From positions 74,464,001 to 74,528,000 of the forward strand of contig NW_024704743.1 in NCBI RefSeq assembly GCF_018977255.1: a DNA stretch of 64,000 nucleotides, written 5' to 3'. Below are positions 13,435 through 26,299 of the stretch, piece after piece; within the stretch, counting starts at the first letter, position 1; every line of letters starts with the position of its first letter. Position numbers and translations under genes: made by a program. The notes below the pieces were generated by a model, which ran no database searches, had not been told where the DNA came from, and saw only the letters and a list, made by a program, of their open reading frames with translations. The stretch comes from Callorhinchus milii (lineage: Eukaryota).

Positions 13435-14339
13435 TTCGCAGAGTCTTAAATATTAAGACACTGGTTTTGAAGCTAAGATAAAACGGAGGTTCTGGCCTCT
13501 GATATCTTGATAAAGAGGGCCTCAGAACAGGGCCGCTGCAAATGGATTTGACCTCTACATTGCAACCCGTTGCGGATAGTTGGATCTGCAGATAAAAATA
13601 ATAAAATAATCCTTGCATTTGATAAAGCATCTTGCAAGAGGATGTCTCAAAGCGCTTCGCATAATTGACTGTAAAATGTAGTGACTGTGTATTTTTTAGG
13701 CATTAGGCAACAACTATGTGGATATGCCAGATTCCACCTTAGATTGTTTTCACGACTCAGCGTGTCAATAATGAGTGGGCATCAATTGAAGGATAATACC
13801 AGAAAGAATTAAAGGGTTGGTTTAAAACAAAATTTGCAAGGAGGGTACTTGAAATATGTCTCCAAATAGTTATTTAAACAGAGTCCAAATATTATTTTAA
13901 AAGGGAATTAGACTGATTGTTAATAAAAGTCAAGTGTGAGCTCAAAGTCCCGATTTTCCTTCCAACTTCTACTTAATGAAAATATAAACCTCTCCAAGTC
14001 AGAGGTCAGGTCAAAAGGCTCACAACAGGGCAGACGAAACACCTTAAACAGTGCATATTTTTCACAATTATTTTAACAGTGTGATAGGTTTTAAAACCAC
14101 ATTAGTTCTAAATCATCAACAATAATTGTCATAATTGTGATGCCACAGCAGTATAGGGAAGCCTGAGTTTCTTGTGAAATCGTTATTTTTAGTGCTACAT
14201 CTTGTGTACAGGCTCTGCACAGGAAGCACTCAATGCATCTTTGGCTGAAGCAATGCAGCGTCTTGTGGCAGCCTATCCTACAATAACCGGCCTGATGTGG
14301 CCAGTTGAAGCTGCTATTTCTATATTGCTGCTATTTCAA

Positions 14340-16056
14340 CCAACAACAACAACAAAATTACACTTGTATAGCGTCTTTCACGTCGGGAGGATATCCCAAG
14401 GCGCTGGACAGACGGAGTTACGGACCCAAGCTGGGGATCGGGGTCGAAGAGAGTGGAGGGCAGGGGGGAAGCAGGGAAATCAAAAGCACAGTTGAAGAGG
14501 AGGTGTTGACATGGGTCTTGAAGGTGGCAAGGGAGGGGTTGAGGCGGAGGGAGGGGGCGAGGCGGAGGGAGGGGGCAAGGTGGAGGGACTGCAGGATGGA
14601 GTTCCAGAGGGTGGGGGCAGAATAGCAGAAGGCCCACTCGCCAATAGTGGGGCGAGTAAGGAGGGGATGTGAAGCCGGCCAGAGCCCACTGAGGTGGAGG
14701 GAGCGAGCAGGATGGTAGGGGATTAGGAGGTTACAGAGTTAGGGGGGAGCAAGACCATGGAGGGCTTTGAAGATGAGGACCAGGATCTTGAGCTGTATCC
14801 TCTGTGTGATGGGAAGCCAGTAGAGTTGGGCGAGGATGGGGGTGATAGGGTCATGGAGCCTAGTGCAGGAGAGGACACGGGATGCAGAGTCCTGGATGAT
14901 CTGCAGCCTGTGGAGGGAGAAGTTGGGGAGGCCGACAAGCAATGAGTTTGCATAGTCGAGCCTCCATGTAATGAAAGCATGTATGAGGATTATGGCAGCC
15001 TGTGGTGTGAGACAGTGATGGAGCCGGGCGACGTTACGGAGGTGGGGGAAGGTAGAGCAGGTCTCAAAGGAGGGGAAGGTTCCAGAGGAGTAAGGGGATA
15101 GGCTGAGCCGGGACCGGGAGATGAGAGCCACACCTCCACTATGGCAGTTAGGTGGAGGGGTATGATGTAAGGTGTAGCCGGGTGGTGTGGTTTCAGTCAG
15201 GGGGAAGGTGTCACCTGGATTGAGGGCAGGAATGTTGATGTTTTCATCGACGATGAGGTCTTGGATGGTGAGTGTTTTGTTGGAGAGGGAGCGGACATTT
15301 TGCAGAGCAATGCGGAGGGGACAGTTGGTGGCAGAAAATGGGGGTGAGGATGGGGAGGGGGAGGACTGATAGGGAGGATAGGGATATGGATCAGGGAGGA
15401 GAGGTTGGCCCCCGTGGTCAGGGACCGATGAGTCTTTTGGCGAGAATGTAGGATAGGGCAGTGTGGCTGTTTTTGGACAGCCAATGGCGTCTAGAACGGT
15501 TGGGCCTGATGGAGGATTCGCAGGCTGGAGCAGATGGAGGCTGTGGGACGGTCGAGCAGGGGTAGGAGTCGGGGAGGGTGGTGGGAAAGGATGACCGAGC
15601 GGATGTAAGTGAGAGTAGAGAACAGGAATGGGGGTATTGTGGGGAAGCAGCTCGGGTCAGTGGCAGCAGCCATAACACGCACGCTGAGACTAAAAGCAAG
15701 TGGTGGGGGTGGGGGGGCGGTCAGCGAGGCATGGTTAGCTCGCTGTTGCAGGTCATCATGGGGAGAGGGGAAAGTGTTACAGTCCCAGTCAGTCCAGACT
15801 GAGAGATTCAAAGGTGGCGGGCGGATGTGACGTCTCGTGGCAGCCGGTCTCTGATTGACTGTTGACCAGGAGAGTCAACGATGGCTGCCATGGTTGTGGC
15901 GGTAAATCCAAGATTGCCCCGCGGATCGGGCAGGTGGGCCTCGGTCCCCGCGTTGAATCAGGGCACCGTTTGAGATATCGGACTCCAGGCCAGTGCTGGA
16001 CTCGAACCCTGTTTGGCCTCGCTCGTGTGTAGGCCAGGGGCTGCTCCAGGCATCGA
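14340..16056 (-). mobile_element. Internally deleted L2 element, cut at the duplication junction
   Basis: RT 3' end (RLDYANSLLVGLP, LYWLPITQRIQLKIL) fused to an APE endonuclease N-terminus (LQNVRSLSNK...GVALISR...PSFE). Confidence 0.85.
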
Positions 16057-16614
16057 TTCAGTCTCAATTTGGATTCTGGTTTACCACAATTCGTTTTGGA
16101 TACTGGGGAAAAAATGACTTCCAAATTGAGACTGAATTTAAGAATTTTCAAAAATTTCGCAGAGTCTTAAATATTAAGACACTGGTTTTGAAGCTAAGAT
16201 AAAACGGAGGTTCTGGCCTCTGATATCTTGATAAAGAGGGCCTCAGAACAGGGCCGCTGCAAATGGATTTGACCTCATGTGTGAAAAAAATCCAAGCCAG
16301 AACTCTACTAACTGCCAATGAACCTTGGTCAATTTTCAATGTGAACGAGCCAGGATCTATCAGCTCTTTAACATTGATCTTGCTTCCTGCATTTGCCTCC
16401 AAATACAGTCACTACAGTTGTGAGCCTTTGTTTGTGAATATAGGCAATTTATGTTGACCGGCTATTCCACTGTCACAGCTGGGTGATTTTCCCCTCCCAA
16501 TCTCTGGCATCCCTACTGCTTCCTTGGCTGAGATCAGTTAACGTAATACTCAATGTCTTACAAAATTGAACTTGTGCCTTCTTGGGCTTATATGGCTTTG
16601 TGTTACACCATGGA

Positions 16615-17737
16615 CAACAACAACAACAAGAACAAGATTCCATTTATAGAGCGCCTTTCACGTCGGGAGGACGTCCCAAGGCGCTGTACAGTTGGGTCAG
16701 GACCCGAGCAGGGGGGAAATGGTCAGGGTGAGGGAGGGAGGGAGGGAGCGAGGAGGGGGGAAATGGTCAGGGTGAGGGGAGGGAGGGAGGGAGCGAGGAG
16801 GGGGTAGAGAGTCGAGAGGGGAGCTGATGGCACGGTCAAAGAGAAAGGTCTTGAGACCGGCCTTGAAGGAGGAAAGGGAGGAAGACACTGGGGGATAGAG
16901 TTCCAGAGCCTCGGGGCTGAGAGGTTGAAGGCCCGGCCACCGATGGTAGGGCGGTTGGGGCGGGGGATGTGGAGCAGACCGGAGCCAGAGGAACGGAGGG
17001 TACGGGCAGGTAGGTAGGGGGATAGTAGGTCGGAGAGGTAGGAGGGAGCAAGGCCGTGAATGGCCTTGTAGGTGAGGATGAGGATCTTGAAATCGATCCT
17101 CTGGGGGATGGGGAGCCAGTGGAGGTGAGCGAGGGTGGGAGTGATGTGGTCCCGAAGTCTGGTGTAGGACAGTACACGAGCTGCAGAGTTCTGAATGACC
17201 TGCAGCTTGTGGAGGGAGGTGGCGGGAAGGCCGGCGAGGAGAGAGTTCCCATAGTCCAGCCTTGAGGTGATAAAGGCGTGAACCAGGGTTTCAGCAGCGT
17301 GAGGGGTGAGGTAATGCCGTAGTCTGGCGATGTTCCGGAGGTGATGGAAGGCGGTGCCAGTTGTGGCGCGGATATGGGGGAGAAAAGACAGCTCAGGGTC
17401 GAACAGAACCCCGAGATTCCTGACTGGCTTTGAGAGGTGGAGAGTGCAGCCTTGGATGCTGATGCTGTCAGCGCCTGAGGTGCGGAGGCGCTGACGTGAG
17501 CCAATCAGGAGGGCCTCAGTTTTGCGCACGTTGAGCTGAAGAAAGTCGTCTCTCTTCCAGGACTCAATGTCAGACAGGCAGACTGTCAGGACATCGGTGG
17601 TCGTGGAGTTGAAGGTAGAGGAGGAAAGGTAAAGTTGGGTGTCATCCGCATACATGTGGAAGTTAACCCCATGTCTGCGGATGATGTCACCGAGGGGGAG
17701 CATATAGAGGGTGAAGAGGAGGGGACCGAGGACCACA
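16615..17737 (-). mobile_element. L2 LINE, 5'-truncated RT 3' half with a ~1-kb open frame (second copy)
   Basis: 340-aa ORF with [37 protein letters not shown]; (GTT)n tail. Confidence 0.95.
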
Positions 17738-19781
17738 AACTGCAAGAAACTGTACCTAAGTACACAATAATAATCTTATGAATGCCAGTTCATCCATCAC
17801 CAAATGCAGCTCCTCTATATTTCAGTTATCTTAATCTGATTCACAAAATTATCATTGCTGCCTCTTCAAAAGGTTTGAGGGGGACTTGGTGTTCAATACA
17901 TGCAGAAACTGATTGCCATGATTAAAAGTGTCCCAACCAGACTGAGGTCTACCTATGGGTGTCTTTGAAACATTAGAAACACAGTAGATTTTACTTCAAT
18001 GTTCCACTGAAGAATCATACCTAAATTATTGATCTGTCGTTGGAGTCCTAAACCAAGTGATTGTCCAACACAGGGATTCCTTAATTAAGGACGATTGTAA
18101 ATTTTAAAGCAATGGATTCAAGGCTCAGATAGTCCTTAAGCACTTCTGTTCCTCTTGTTTAGGGGATCAACTCATACCTCAGTGAATTGACTCACTTTCT
18201 TAATGTAGCACAAGTGGTAAATTGGAATACTATATTTCAAAATATGCAATGTTCCCAGTTGGCCAATAACTCAATGCAAACTGCATCTTCATAACAATAT
18301 CAAGTTCCTGACAGATCCTCAAAGTATTTCTGTTTTCAGAAGCTACCTTGGGAGCAGTAATCCTTTTTGATTCACCAACAGTGGCTGCCAAAGCCCAAGA
18401 TGAAGCAAGTCAAGGCCAGTACCCGTCCAATTATAACATAAGGTTATGTTATCTGTCTCACTACCAATAGCTGTGTCTGAAGAGGTTTAAGCTGAGCAAG
18501 GAAATTTTGATTGGCTTATGTGAGCAATATAGTGATGTACAAACTTGATTTATAATTTCTTCAACAAATCTGCTAACTGTAAATGTGACAGCAGTTATTA
18601 ACTTTTATACTATCAGCCTCTGCCAGACATCACTGGACTGTGTGTAGCAATTGTCAGTCAACTACTGCAATTCACATTATGTATTGAGGAACACAAGCCT
18701 GAAATTGCACATAGGTTTAGCCTTAAGATCATTGCGGCAAAAATTAAGATTGTGCAACATTTTTGAAAATTCTTAAATTCAGTCTCAATTTGGATTCTGG
18801 TTTACCACAATTCGTTTTGGATACTGGGGAAAAAATGACTTCCAAATTGAGACTGAATTTAAGAATTTTCAAAAATTTCGCAGAGTCTTAAATATTAAGA
18901 CACTGGTTTTGAAGCTAAGATAAAACGGAGGTTCTGGCCTCTGATATCTTGATAAAGAGGGCCTCAGAACAGGGCCGCTGCAAATGGATTTGACCTCTAC
19001 ATTGCAACCCGTTGCGGATAGTTGGATCTGCAGATAAAAATAATAAAATAATCCTTGCATTTGATAAAGCATCTTGCAAGAGGATGTCTCAAAGCGCTTC
19101 GCATAATTGACTGTAAAATGTAGTGACTGTGTATTTTTTAGGCATTAGGCAACAACTATGTGGATATGTCAGATTCCACCTTAGATTGTTTTCACGACTC
19201 AGCGTGTCAATAATGAGTGGGCATCAATTGAAGGATAATACCAGAAAGAATTAAAGGGTTGGTTTAAAACAAAATTTGCAAGGAGGGTACTTGAAATATG
19301 TCTCCAAATAGTTATTTAAACAGAGTCCAAATATTATTTTAAAAGGGAATTAGACTGATTGTTAATAAAAGTCAAGTGTGAGCTCAAAGTCCCGATTTTC
19401 CTTCCAACTTCTACTTAATGAAAATATAAACCTCTCCAAGTCAGAGGTCAGGTCAAAAGGCTCACAACAGGGCAGACGAAACACCTTAAACAGTGCATAT
19501 TTTTCACAATTATTTTAACAGTGTGATAGGTTTTAAAACCACATTAGTTCTAAATCATCAACAATAATTGTCATAATTGTGATGCCACAGCAGTATAGGG
19601 AAGCCTGAGTTTCTTGTGAAATCGTTATTTTTAGTGCTACATCTTGTGTACAGGCTCTGCACAGGAAGCACTCAATGCATCTTTGGCTGAAGCAATGCAG
19701 CGTCTTGTGGCAGCCTATCCTACAATAACCGGCCTGATGTGGCCAGTTGAAGCTGCTATTTCTATATTGCTGCTATTTCAA

Positions 19782-21990
19782 CCAACAACAACAACAAAAT
19801 TACACTTGTATAGCGTCTTTCACGTCGGGAGGATATCCCAAGGCGCTGGACAGACGGAGTTACGGACCCAAGCTGGGGATCGGGGTCGAAGAGAGTGGAG
19901 GGCAGGGGGGAAGCAGGGAAATCAAAAGCACAGTTGAAGAGGAGGTGTTGACATGGATCTTGAAGGTGGCAAGGGAGGGGTTGAGGCGGAGGGAGGGGGC
20001 GAGGCGGAGGGAGGGGGCAAGGTGGAGGGACTGCAGGATGGAGTTTCAGAGGGTGGGGGCAGAATAGCAGAAGGCCCACTCGCCAATAGTGGGGCGAGCA
20101 AGGAGGGGATGTGAAGCAGGCCAGAGCCCACTGAGGTGGAGGGAGCGAGCAGGATGGTAGGAGATTAGGAGGTTACAGAGTTAGGGGGGAGCAAGACCAT
20201 GGAGGGCTTTGAAGATGAGGACCAGGATCTTGAGCTGTATCCTCTGTGTGATGGGAAGCCAGTAGAGTTGGGCGAGGATGGGGGTGATAGGGTCATGGAG
20301 CCTAGTGCAGGAGAGGACACGGGCTGCAGAGTTCTGGATGATCTGCAGCCTGTGGAGGGAGAAGTTGGGGAGGCCGACAAGCAATGAGTTTGCATAGTCG
20401 AGCCTCCATGTAATGAAAGCATGTATGAGGGTTATGGCAGCCTGTGGTGTGAGACAGTGATGGAGCCGGGCGACGTTGCGGAGGTGGGGGAAGGTAGAGC
20501 GGGTCTCAAAGGAGGGGAAGGTTCCAGAGGAGTAAGGGGATAGGCTGAGCCGGGACCGGGAGATGAGAGCCACACCTCCACTATGGCAGTTAGGTGGAGG
20601 GGTATGATGTAAGGTGTAGCCGGATGGTGTGGTCTCAGTCAGGGGGAAGGTGTCACCTGGATTGAGGGCAGGAATGTTGATGTTTTCATCGATGATGAGG
20701 TCTTGGATGGTGAGTGTTTTGTTGGAGAGGGAGCGGACATTTTGTAGAGCAATGCGGAGGGGACAGTTGGTGGCAGAGAATGGGGGTGAGGATGGGGAGG
20801 GGGAGGACTGATAGGGAGGATGGGGATATGGATCAGGGAGGAGAGGTTGGCCCTCGTGGTCAGGGACCGATGAGCCTTTTGGCGAGAATGTAGGATAGGG
20901 CAGTGTGGCTGTTTTTGGACAGCCAATGGCGTCTAGAACGGTTGGGCCTGATGGAGGATTCGCAGGCTGGAGCAGATGGAGGCTGTGGGACGGTCGAGCA
21001 GGGATAGGAGTCGGGGAGGGTGGTGGGAAAGGACGACCGAGCGGATGTAAGTGAGAGTAGAGAACAGGAATGGGGGTATTGTGGGGAAGCAGCTCGGGTC
21101 AGTGGCAGCAGCCATAACATGCACGCTGAGACTAAAAGCAAGTGGTGGGGGTGGGGAGGGGTCAGCGAGGCATGGTTAGCTCGCTGTTGCAGGTCATCAT
21201 GGGGAGAGGGGAAAGTGTTACAGTCCCAGTCAGTCCAGACTGAGAGATTCAAAGGTGGCGGGCGGATGTGACGTCTCGTGGCAGCCGGTCTCTGATTGAC
21301 TGTTGACCAGGAGAGTCAACGATGGCTGCCATGGTTGTGGCGGTAAATCCAAGATTGCCCCGCGGATCGGGCAGGTGGGCCTCGGTCCCCGCGTTGAATC
21401 AGGGCACCGTTTGAGATATCGGACTCCAGGCCAGTGCTGGACTCGAACCCTGTTTGGCCTCGCTCGTGTGTAGGCCAGGGGCTGCTCCAGGCATCGAAAA
21501 CAGCCTCGCTTCAGGCGTTGATTAAGGCCTCACTCCAGACGTCGATTAAGGCCTTGCTCCAGGCATCGATTAAGGCCTTGCTCCAGACGTCGATTAAGGC
21601 CTTGCTCCAGACGTCGATTAAGGCCTTGCTCCAGACGTCGATTAAGGCCTTGCTCCAGGCATCGATTAAGGCCTTGCTCCAGACGTCGATTAAGGCCTTG
21701 CTCCAGACGTCGATTAAGGCCTTGCTCCAGGCATCGATTAAGGCCTTGCTCCAGGCGTCGATTAAGGCCTCGCTCCAGGCGTCGCTCGTGTGAAGCCATC
21801 TCGGTCCCCGTTCCAGGCCGCCGCTGCGGGTGGGCTTGGATCCACCAACTCCTGCCCTCATCCGCTCAGCTTCAATGGGACTCCGAATGAGCCCACTCGC
21901 CAGGATTGCAGAAAACAAGATATTTTCCCCTGTTTTTACAATCATGTTCAGCGACCTCCACACGACTCCAGCCCACCGCCATTTTTGAGA
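19782..21990 (-). mobile_element. Internally deleted L2 element keeping a GC-rich 5' region with a 24-bp VNTR
   Basis: Same APE/RT-3' fusion as 14340-16056; continues through the minisatellite to an AAAATGGCGG motif at ~21976-21985. The 5' boundary is approximate. Confidence 0.8.
21498..21785. repeat. 24-bp minisatellite, ~12 units (ATTAAGGCCTTGCTCCAGRCRTCG)
   Basis: Directly visible tandem array; reads as (IKALLQT/AS)n in the ORF track. Confidence 0.97.
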
Positions 21991-22416
21991 ACCACATTGT
22001 GTATCACGGTGGAGTGAAACATTGTCAGACAAGCTGCCCAGCCTCTGATGACCCAGGGATGCTCAAATCTGCAACAACGAGGATTCAATTCCATGAAAGT
22101 TTAAAGTATTTATTAGCTCAAAGTGTCCCAGATCTTTCAGTCGCTGATCTCAATACTGTGATGCAGGCTTTTTAGTAGTGTTCTCGAATAGTCTGTTATC
22201 AAATTTTACGCCCAAGCAGTCTGCGCTGGCTATGAACAGGCTGCACGGAAATTCAGTGGAAGCTAATTAACAGCTTCAGACCAGAGCTTTATGTGTGTGT
22301 CTCTCTCCGTTTCAAGTTTCCATAAATAATGAGCAAGATATTCTGCCATGGACTACTGTTATTTAACCTTATAATTGCCTCTTCATAGCAAGCCTGTAGT
22401 AACTTATATCATTGCT

Positions 22417-23285
22417 ACAACAACAACAACAAAATTACATTTGTATAGCCTTTCACATTGAGAGGACGTCCCAAGGCACTGGACAGAGAGTTACAGATCC
22501 GAACTGAGTGTCGGGGTGAGGGAGGGTGGAGAGCAGGGGGGGAAGCAGGGAGATCGAAAGTACAGTCGAAGAGGAGGGTCTTGAGGTGGCGAGGGAGGGG
22601 GCGAGATGGAGGGATTGCGGGATGCAGTTCCAGAGGGTAGGTGCAGAGTGGCGGAAGGTCCACCCGCCGATAGTGGGGCGAACAAGGCGGGGGACGTGAA
22701 GCAGGCCAGAGCCCGCTGAGCAGAGGGAGCGAACACGGTGGTAGAAGGTTAGGAAGTCGGAATGGTAGTGGGAGCAAGACCATGGAGGGCTTTGAAGGTG
22801 AGAACCAGGATCTTGAACTATACCCTCTGTGTGATGGGAAGCCAGTGGAGTTTACAAGGATGGGGGTGATAGAGGCGCGGAGCCTGGTGCGGGAGAGGAC
22901 ACGGCTGCAGTGTTCTGGATGATCTGCAGCCTGTGGAAGGAGGAGTTGGGTAGGCCGACAAGCAGTGAGTGTGCATAGTTGAGCCTCGATGTAATGAAGG
23001 TGTGTATGAGGGTTTCGGTGGCCTGAGGTGTGAGACAGTGTCGGAGCCGGGCGATCTTGCGGAGGTGGGGGAAGGCAGAGTGTGTCGTAGCACAGATGTG
23101 GGATAGAAAGGATAGTTGAGGGTCAAACAAGACCCCAAGGCTCCGGACTGGCTCAGTGAGGTGGAGTGTGCAACCATGGATGGTGATGCTGTCAGCGCCT
23201 GAGGTGAGGAGGCGTTGATGGGAGCCAATCAGGAGAGCCTCAGTCTTATTGACATTCAACTGAAGAAAGTTAGCTCTCATCCAGA
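22417..23285 (-). mobile_element. L2 LINE 3' fragment
   Basis: [40 protein letters not shown]; (GTT)n tail. Confidence 0.92.
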
Positions 23286-24782
23286 AAGTTAGTTCTCATC
23301 ATAACAGATGATAACATCCATCAGTGTTGAGCTCTCAGCCACTATACCTCCTCACTCTGGAACTCTGTCCCCCCAAATCCCTTCATTTCACTCCTTTGGA
23401 GCCCAGAGGCCTGACATTCCTTGTGTTTGTAACTCTACATGCCTGTGATCAAAAACTTTCAATACCTCTTTTTGACCATGCATTTGATCAACGTCTTTCC
23501 TTGCGATTTTCTTCCCTCGTAAATGCTGTTATCTTTTGAAAGCCCTTTGAAATAATATCCTTTGTGAAAATTGTTTAGGTCATTTTGTTGCCATTCTTAA
23601 GAACTAAGTAAAACTGTTTTTCAAGTTCAGAATTATTCTGCGTGATCTTCAATTTGAGGTCAGTGTTATAGAGTTACAAACGCAAGGAATTTCAGGCCTC
23701 TGGACTCCGAAGAAATAAACTTTCTGTACTGAATTTCAATAACAAACTAATCAATCTTTACTTCCTTCCGTTTATTTCTTTTCTGCACATGTGAAACACA
23801 ATATGTGGAGCTGCCTAAGTTAGCTGATGATGCCAAACTTGAGGGAGATTAAACTAAGAACTGTAATTGACAATCCAGGTTGTTTGAACTATGGTGCTAT
23901 TCACTATTTCTGTTGGTGCAGTTATTTAATAATAATGATGGTTGCACATGACATAGTGACCGTAACGCTGATTAGCGCTTGCATTTGATATGGTGCCTAC
24001 AACATCTCTCAATATGGCAAGTGGGTCATTGCTATCAAGTGTAGACACTGTTCCACTGCTTTGCAATATCATTATATAGCGAGATCTGTTTTGAACTCCT
24101 CAGGAAATCCGGAAGGAGTCTATAGACTCGTTAGCAATATTTACTTCATTACTAATTAATATCATTATAATAATCCTTACATTTGATATAGCACCTTATC
24201 ACATTGTTGAGACAACTCAAAGCACTGACTGTGTATTTCTAATTTGCTGTAAAGCCATTTGTGATGTATCTTTTATGTGGGGGAAAAAAATATAAATGTA
24301 AGCTGTCAGACACTGGTACTTTTCACACTCTTTCATTTATTGTGGTTAAAATCGCAATACTTCTAAATGTGTTCTATTCTCTTTAATTAATTACCAGAGG
24401 AATGGTACAGAAGCTATGTACCTTTCTACCCCTGTCTTTAGGACTGGGAATGAATTTCGTGCTTCTCTGGTAGATACTCAATTTCAAAAAAAGGACAATT
24501 ACTTGCATTTATGTAAAGGTTTCACATAGAAAAGCAGTTTACAAAGAGGAGTGGAAACCAAAGCCGGTGGTGGGTGGGGGTGGGGAGGAGAGAGAGAAAG
24601 GTGGGCAGCGATGATTGATTAAGGAACAGAATGACACTTACATTTTATGAAAATGAAGATGTTTTAGTGGAATGCTCTCCAGTAATAACAATACTTGCAT
24701 TTGATATAGCGCTTTTCATGTCTTCTAGACATCTCAAAGCGCTTCACAGAATATGCTGTAAAAGTGAATTGACCGTATACTT

Positions 24783-25093
24783 GGAGTCCTGTAGCTCAGT
24801 GGTTAGAGCACTCACCTTGCAAGCGAGACACCTGGGTTCAATTCCAGGCAGGGCGAAACCTTGGGCAAGTTTCCTTATTCCACACACCTAATAATAATCC
24901 CTCCAAAACAAAACAATAATAAATTGGTCATTTTCAATCCACGACTGTTTGTGGGACACTGCTGTGCACAATTGGCTGCCGCGTTTTGCCCACAATATAC
25001 ACAGACAATTCACTTTATAGCATATTCTGTGAAGCGTTTTGAGATGTCTCAATGACATGATAGGGCACTATATCAAATGCAAGGATTATTATT
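24783..25093 (+). mobile_element. tRNA-derived SINE, full length; abuts an inverted partial copy at ~24685-24780
   Basis: Same head, body and tail as the other copies. Confidence 0.93.
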
Positions 25094-26299
25094 TTATCAG
25101 TGGAAGTTGTCACAAGTTGACAATTTTTGATGTACTGCATCCATCCCTCTTTTGAATATGGCAAGCAACTGAAGCTTCAGTTAGCACAAGTGGCTACTGA
25201 AGCTAATATAATGTTTAAAAGGGATTTGGAATAACAGGAATTGAGATTAATGTAGATAGCTCTCTGAAGCTAAAACAAGCATAAGCTCAATGGGATGAAT
25301 GGCCTCATTTGTGCTGCAATTTCTACAATTGGCACCAAAGCGGTGAAAGAATTGGAGGTACCTGTTAAAGAATATTTCATTAACGCTATACCTAATCCTG
25401 GGAAGTTGGGAAGGCAGTCTGGAGAGGAAGATTGCAATTACAAATAGACCCCACGGACTACCAGAATAAGTAGAAAATTAGGTCAAAGCTTAGACTATCC
25501 GCATGAGACCCTCTGACAAATTGGATAGGGAACATTTTTCTTAAAAGGTAATGGAGTTTTAGGTCAGTAATTAATTGAGATTTATTTTTATTTTAAGGAG
25601 TGTGAGACATGTACGTTGAGGGAATTTTTGTAGGTGAGCAAGAGGGCGGTCCAACAATATCTCTCCATCCTGATGCAACTCAGACATTGAGCACTCAGAC
25701 ATTGGAGAGCCCTTGTATTTCACATAACACCTTGTCACGTCTTTGAAATGTCTCAAAATGCTTCACATGATTTACTGTATAGTGTAGCGACAGTATTTGT
25801 AGGCGAACAATGATGGAGGCCTGCGCTCAGTCTCCCCACAATCATCTGATCTCTTCTGTCTCCCCACACATGATCCTGACCTGTGCTCAGAGTCTTGCAG
25901 TCTGATAGAAACCTTTCTAATTGACTGCACTTTTATTTTATGAAACACATTAAGACCAATCACAAGCTGATTAGCAAGATGTTCTCATACAAGAACATTT
26001 ATTTTTCTCCTCGTTTTCTCCTTATTAGCTAGAGGGGGAAATATGCATATTAAACGGGATCTCTGAGATAGAATAAAAATTGTACACTGATATTGAGGGA
26101 ATAGATTTAAATGAATAATAACAAATTGATGTATATAGTGCCTTTCAGATGGTTACATTAATGTCTTAAAGTACAAGAACATTTGTTGTGGCTTTTGGGG
26201 GGGAAATCGGTGAGTTAAGTGTTGCCTGTGATATTGTTCTGCAGTAAGTAATAGACTTTGTGGTGGTTTAAAACAAACATTGGATGCAGTAAAAAAAAA

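Larger units (their letters stand above)
10827..21497. repeat. Near-identical direct tandem duplication (10827-16056 and 16276-21497) with a 221-bp junction insert
   Basis: Paired ORFs at constant offset 5442 (13427/18869, 14202/19644); junction 16056-16276 copies 13335-13555. Confidence 0.97.

Noticed and set aside
16056..16276. Biological template-switch insertion driven by the palindrome
   Set aside because: Not excluded, but ranked below the assembly explanation because both adjacent blocks are exactly 2500 bp.
21498..21785. CRISPR-like array or repeat protein (IKALLQTS)n
   Set aside because: Head-to-tail 24-bp units with no unique spacers, in a vertebrate LINE context; it is a minisatellite.
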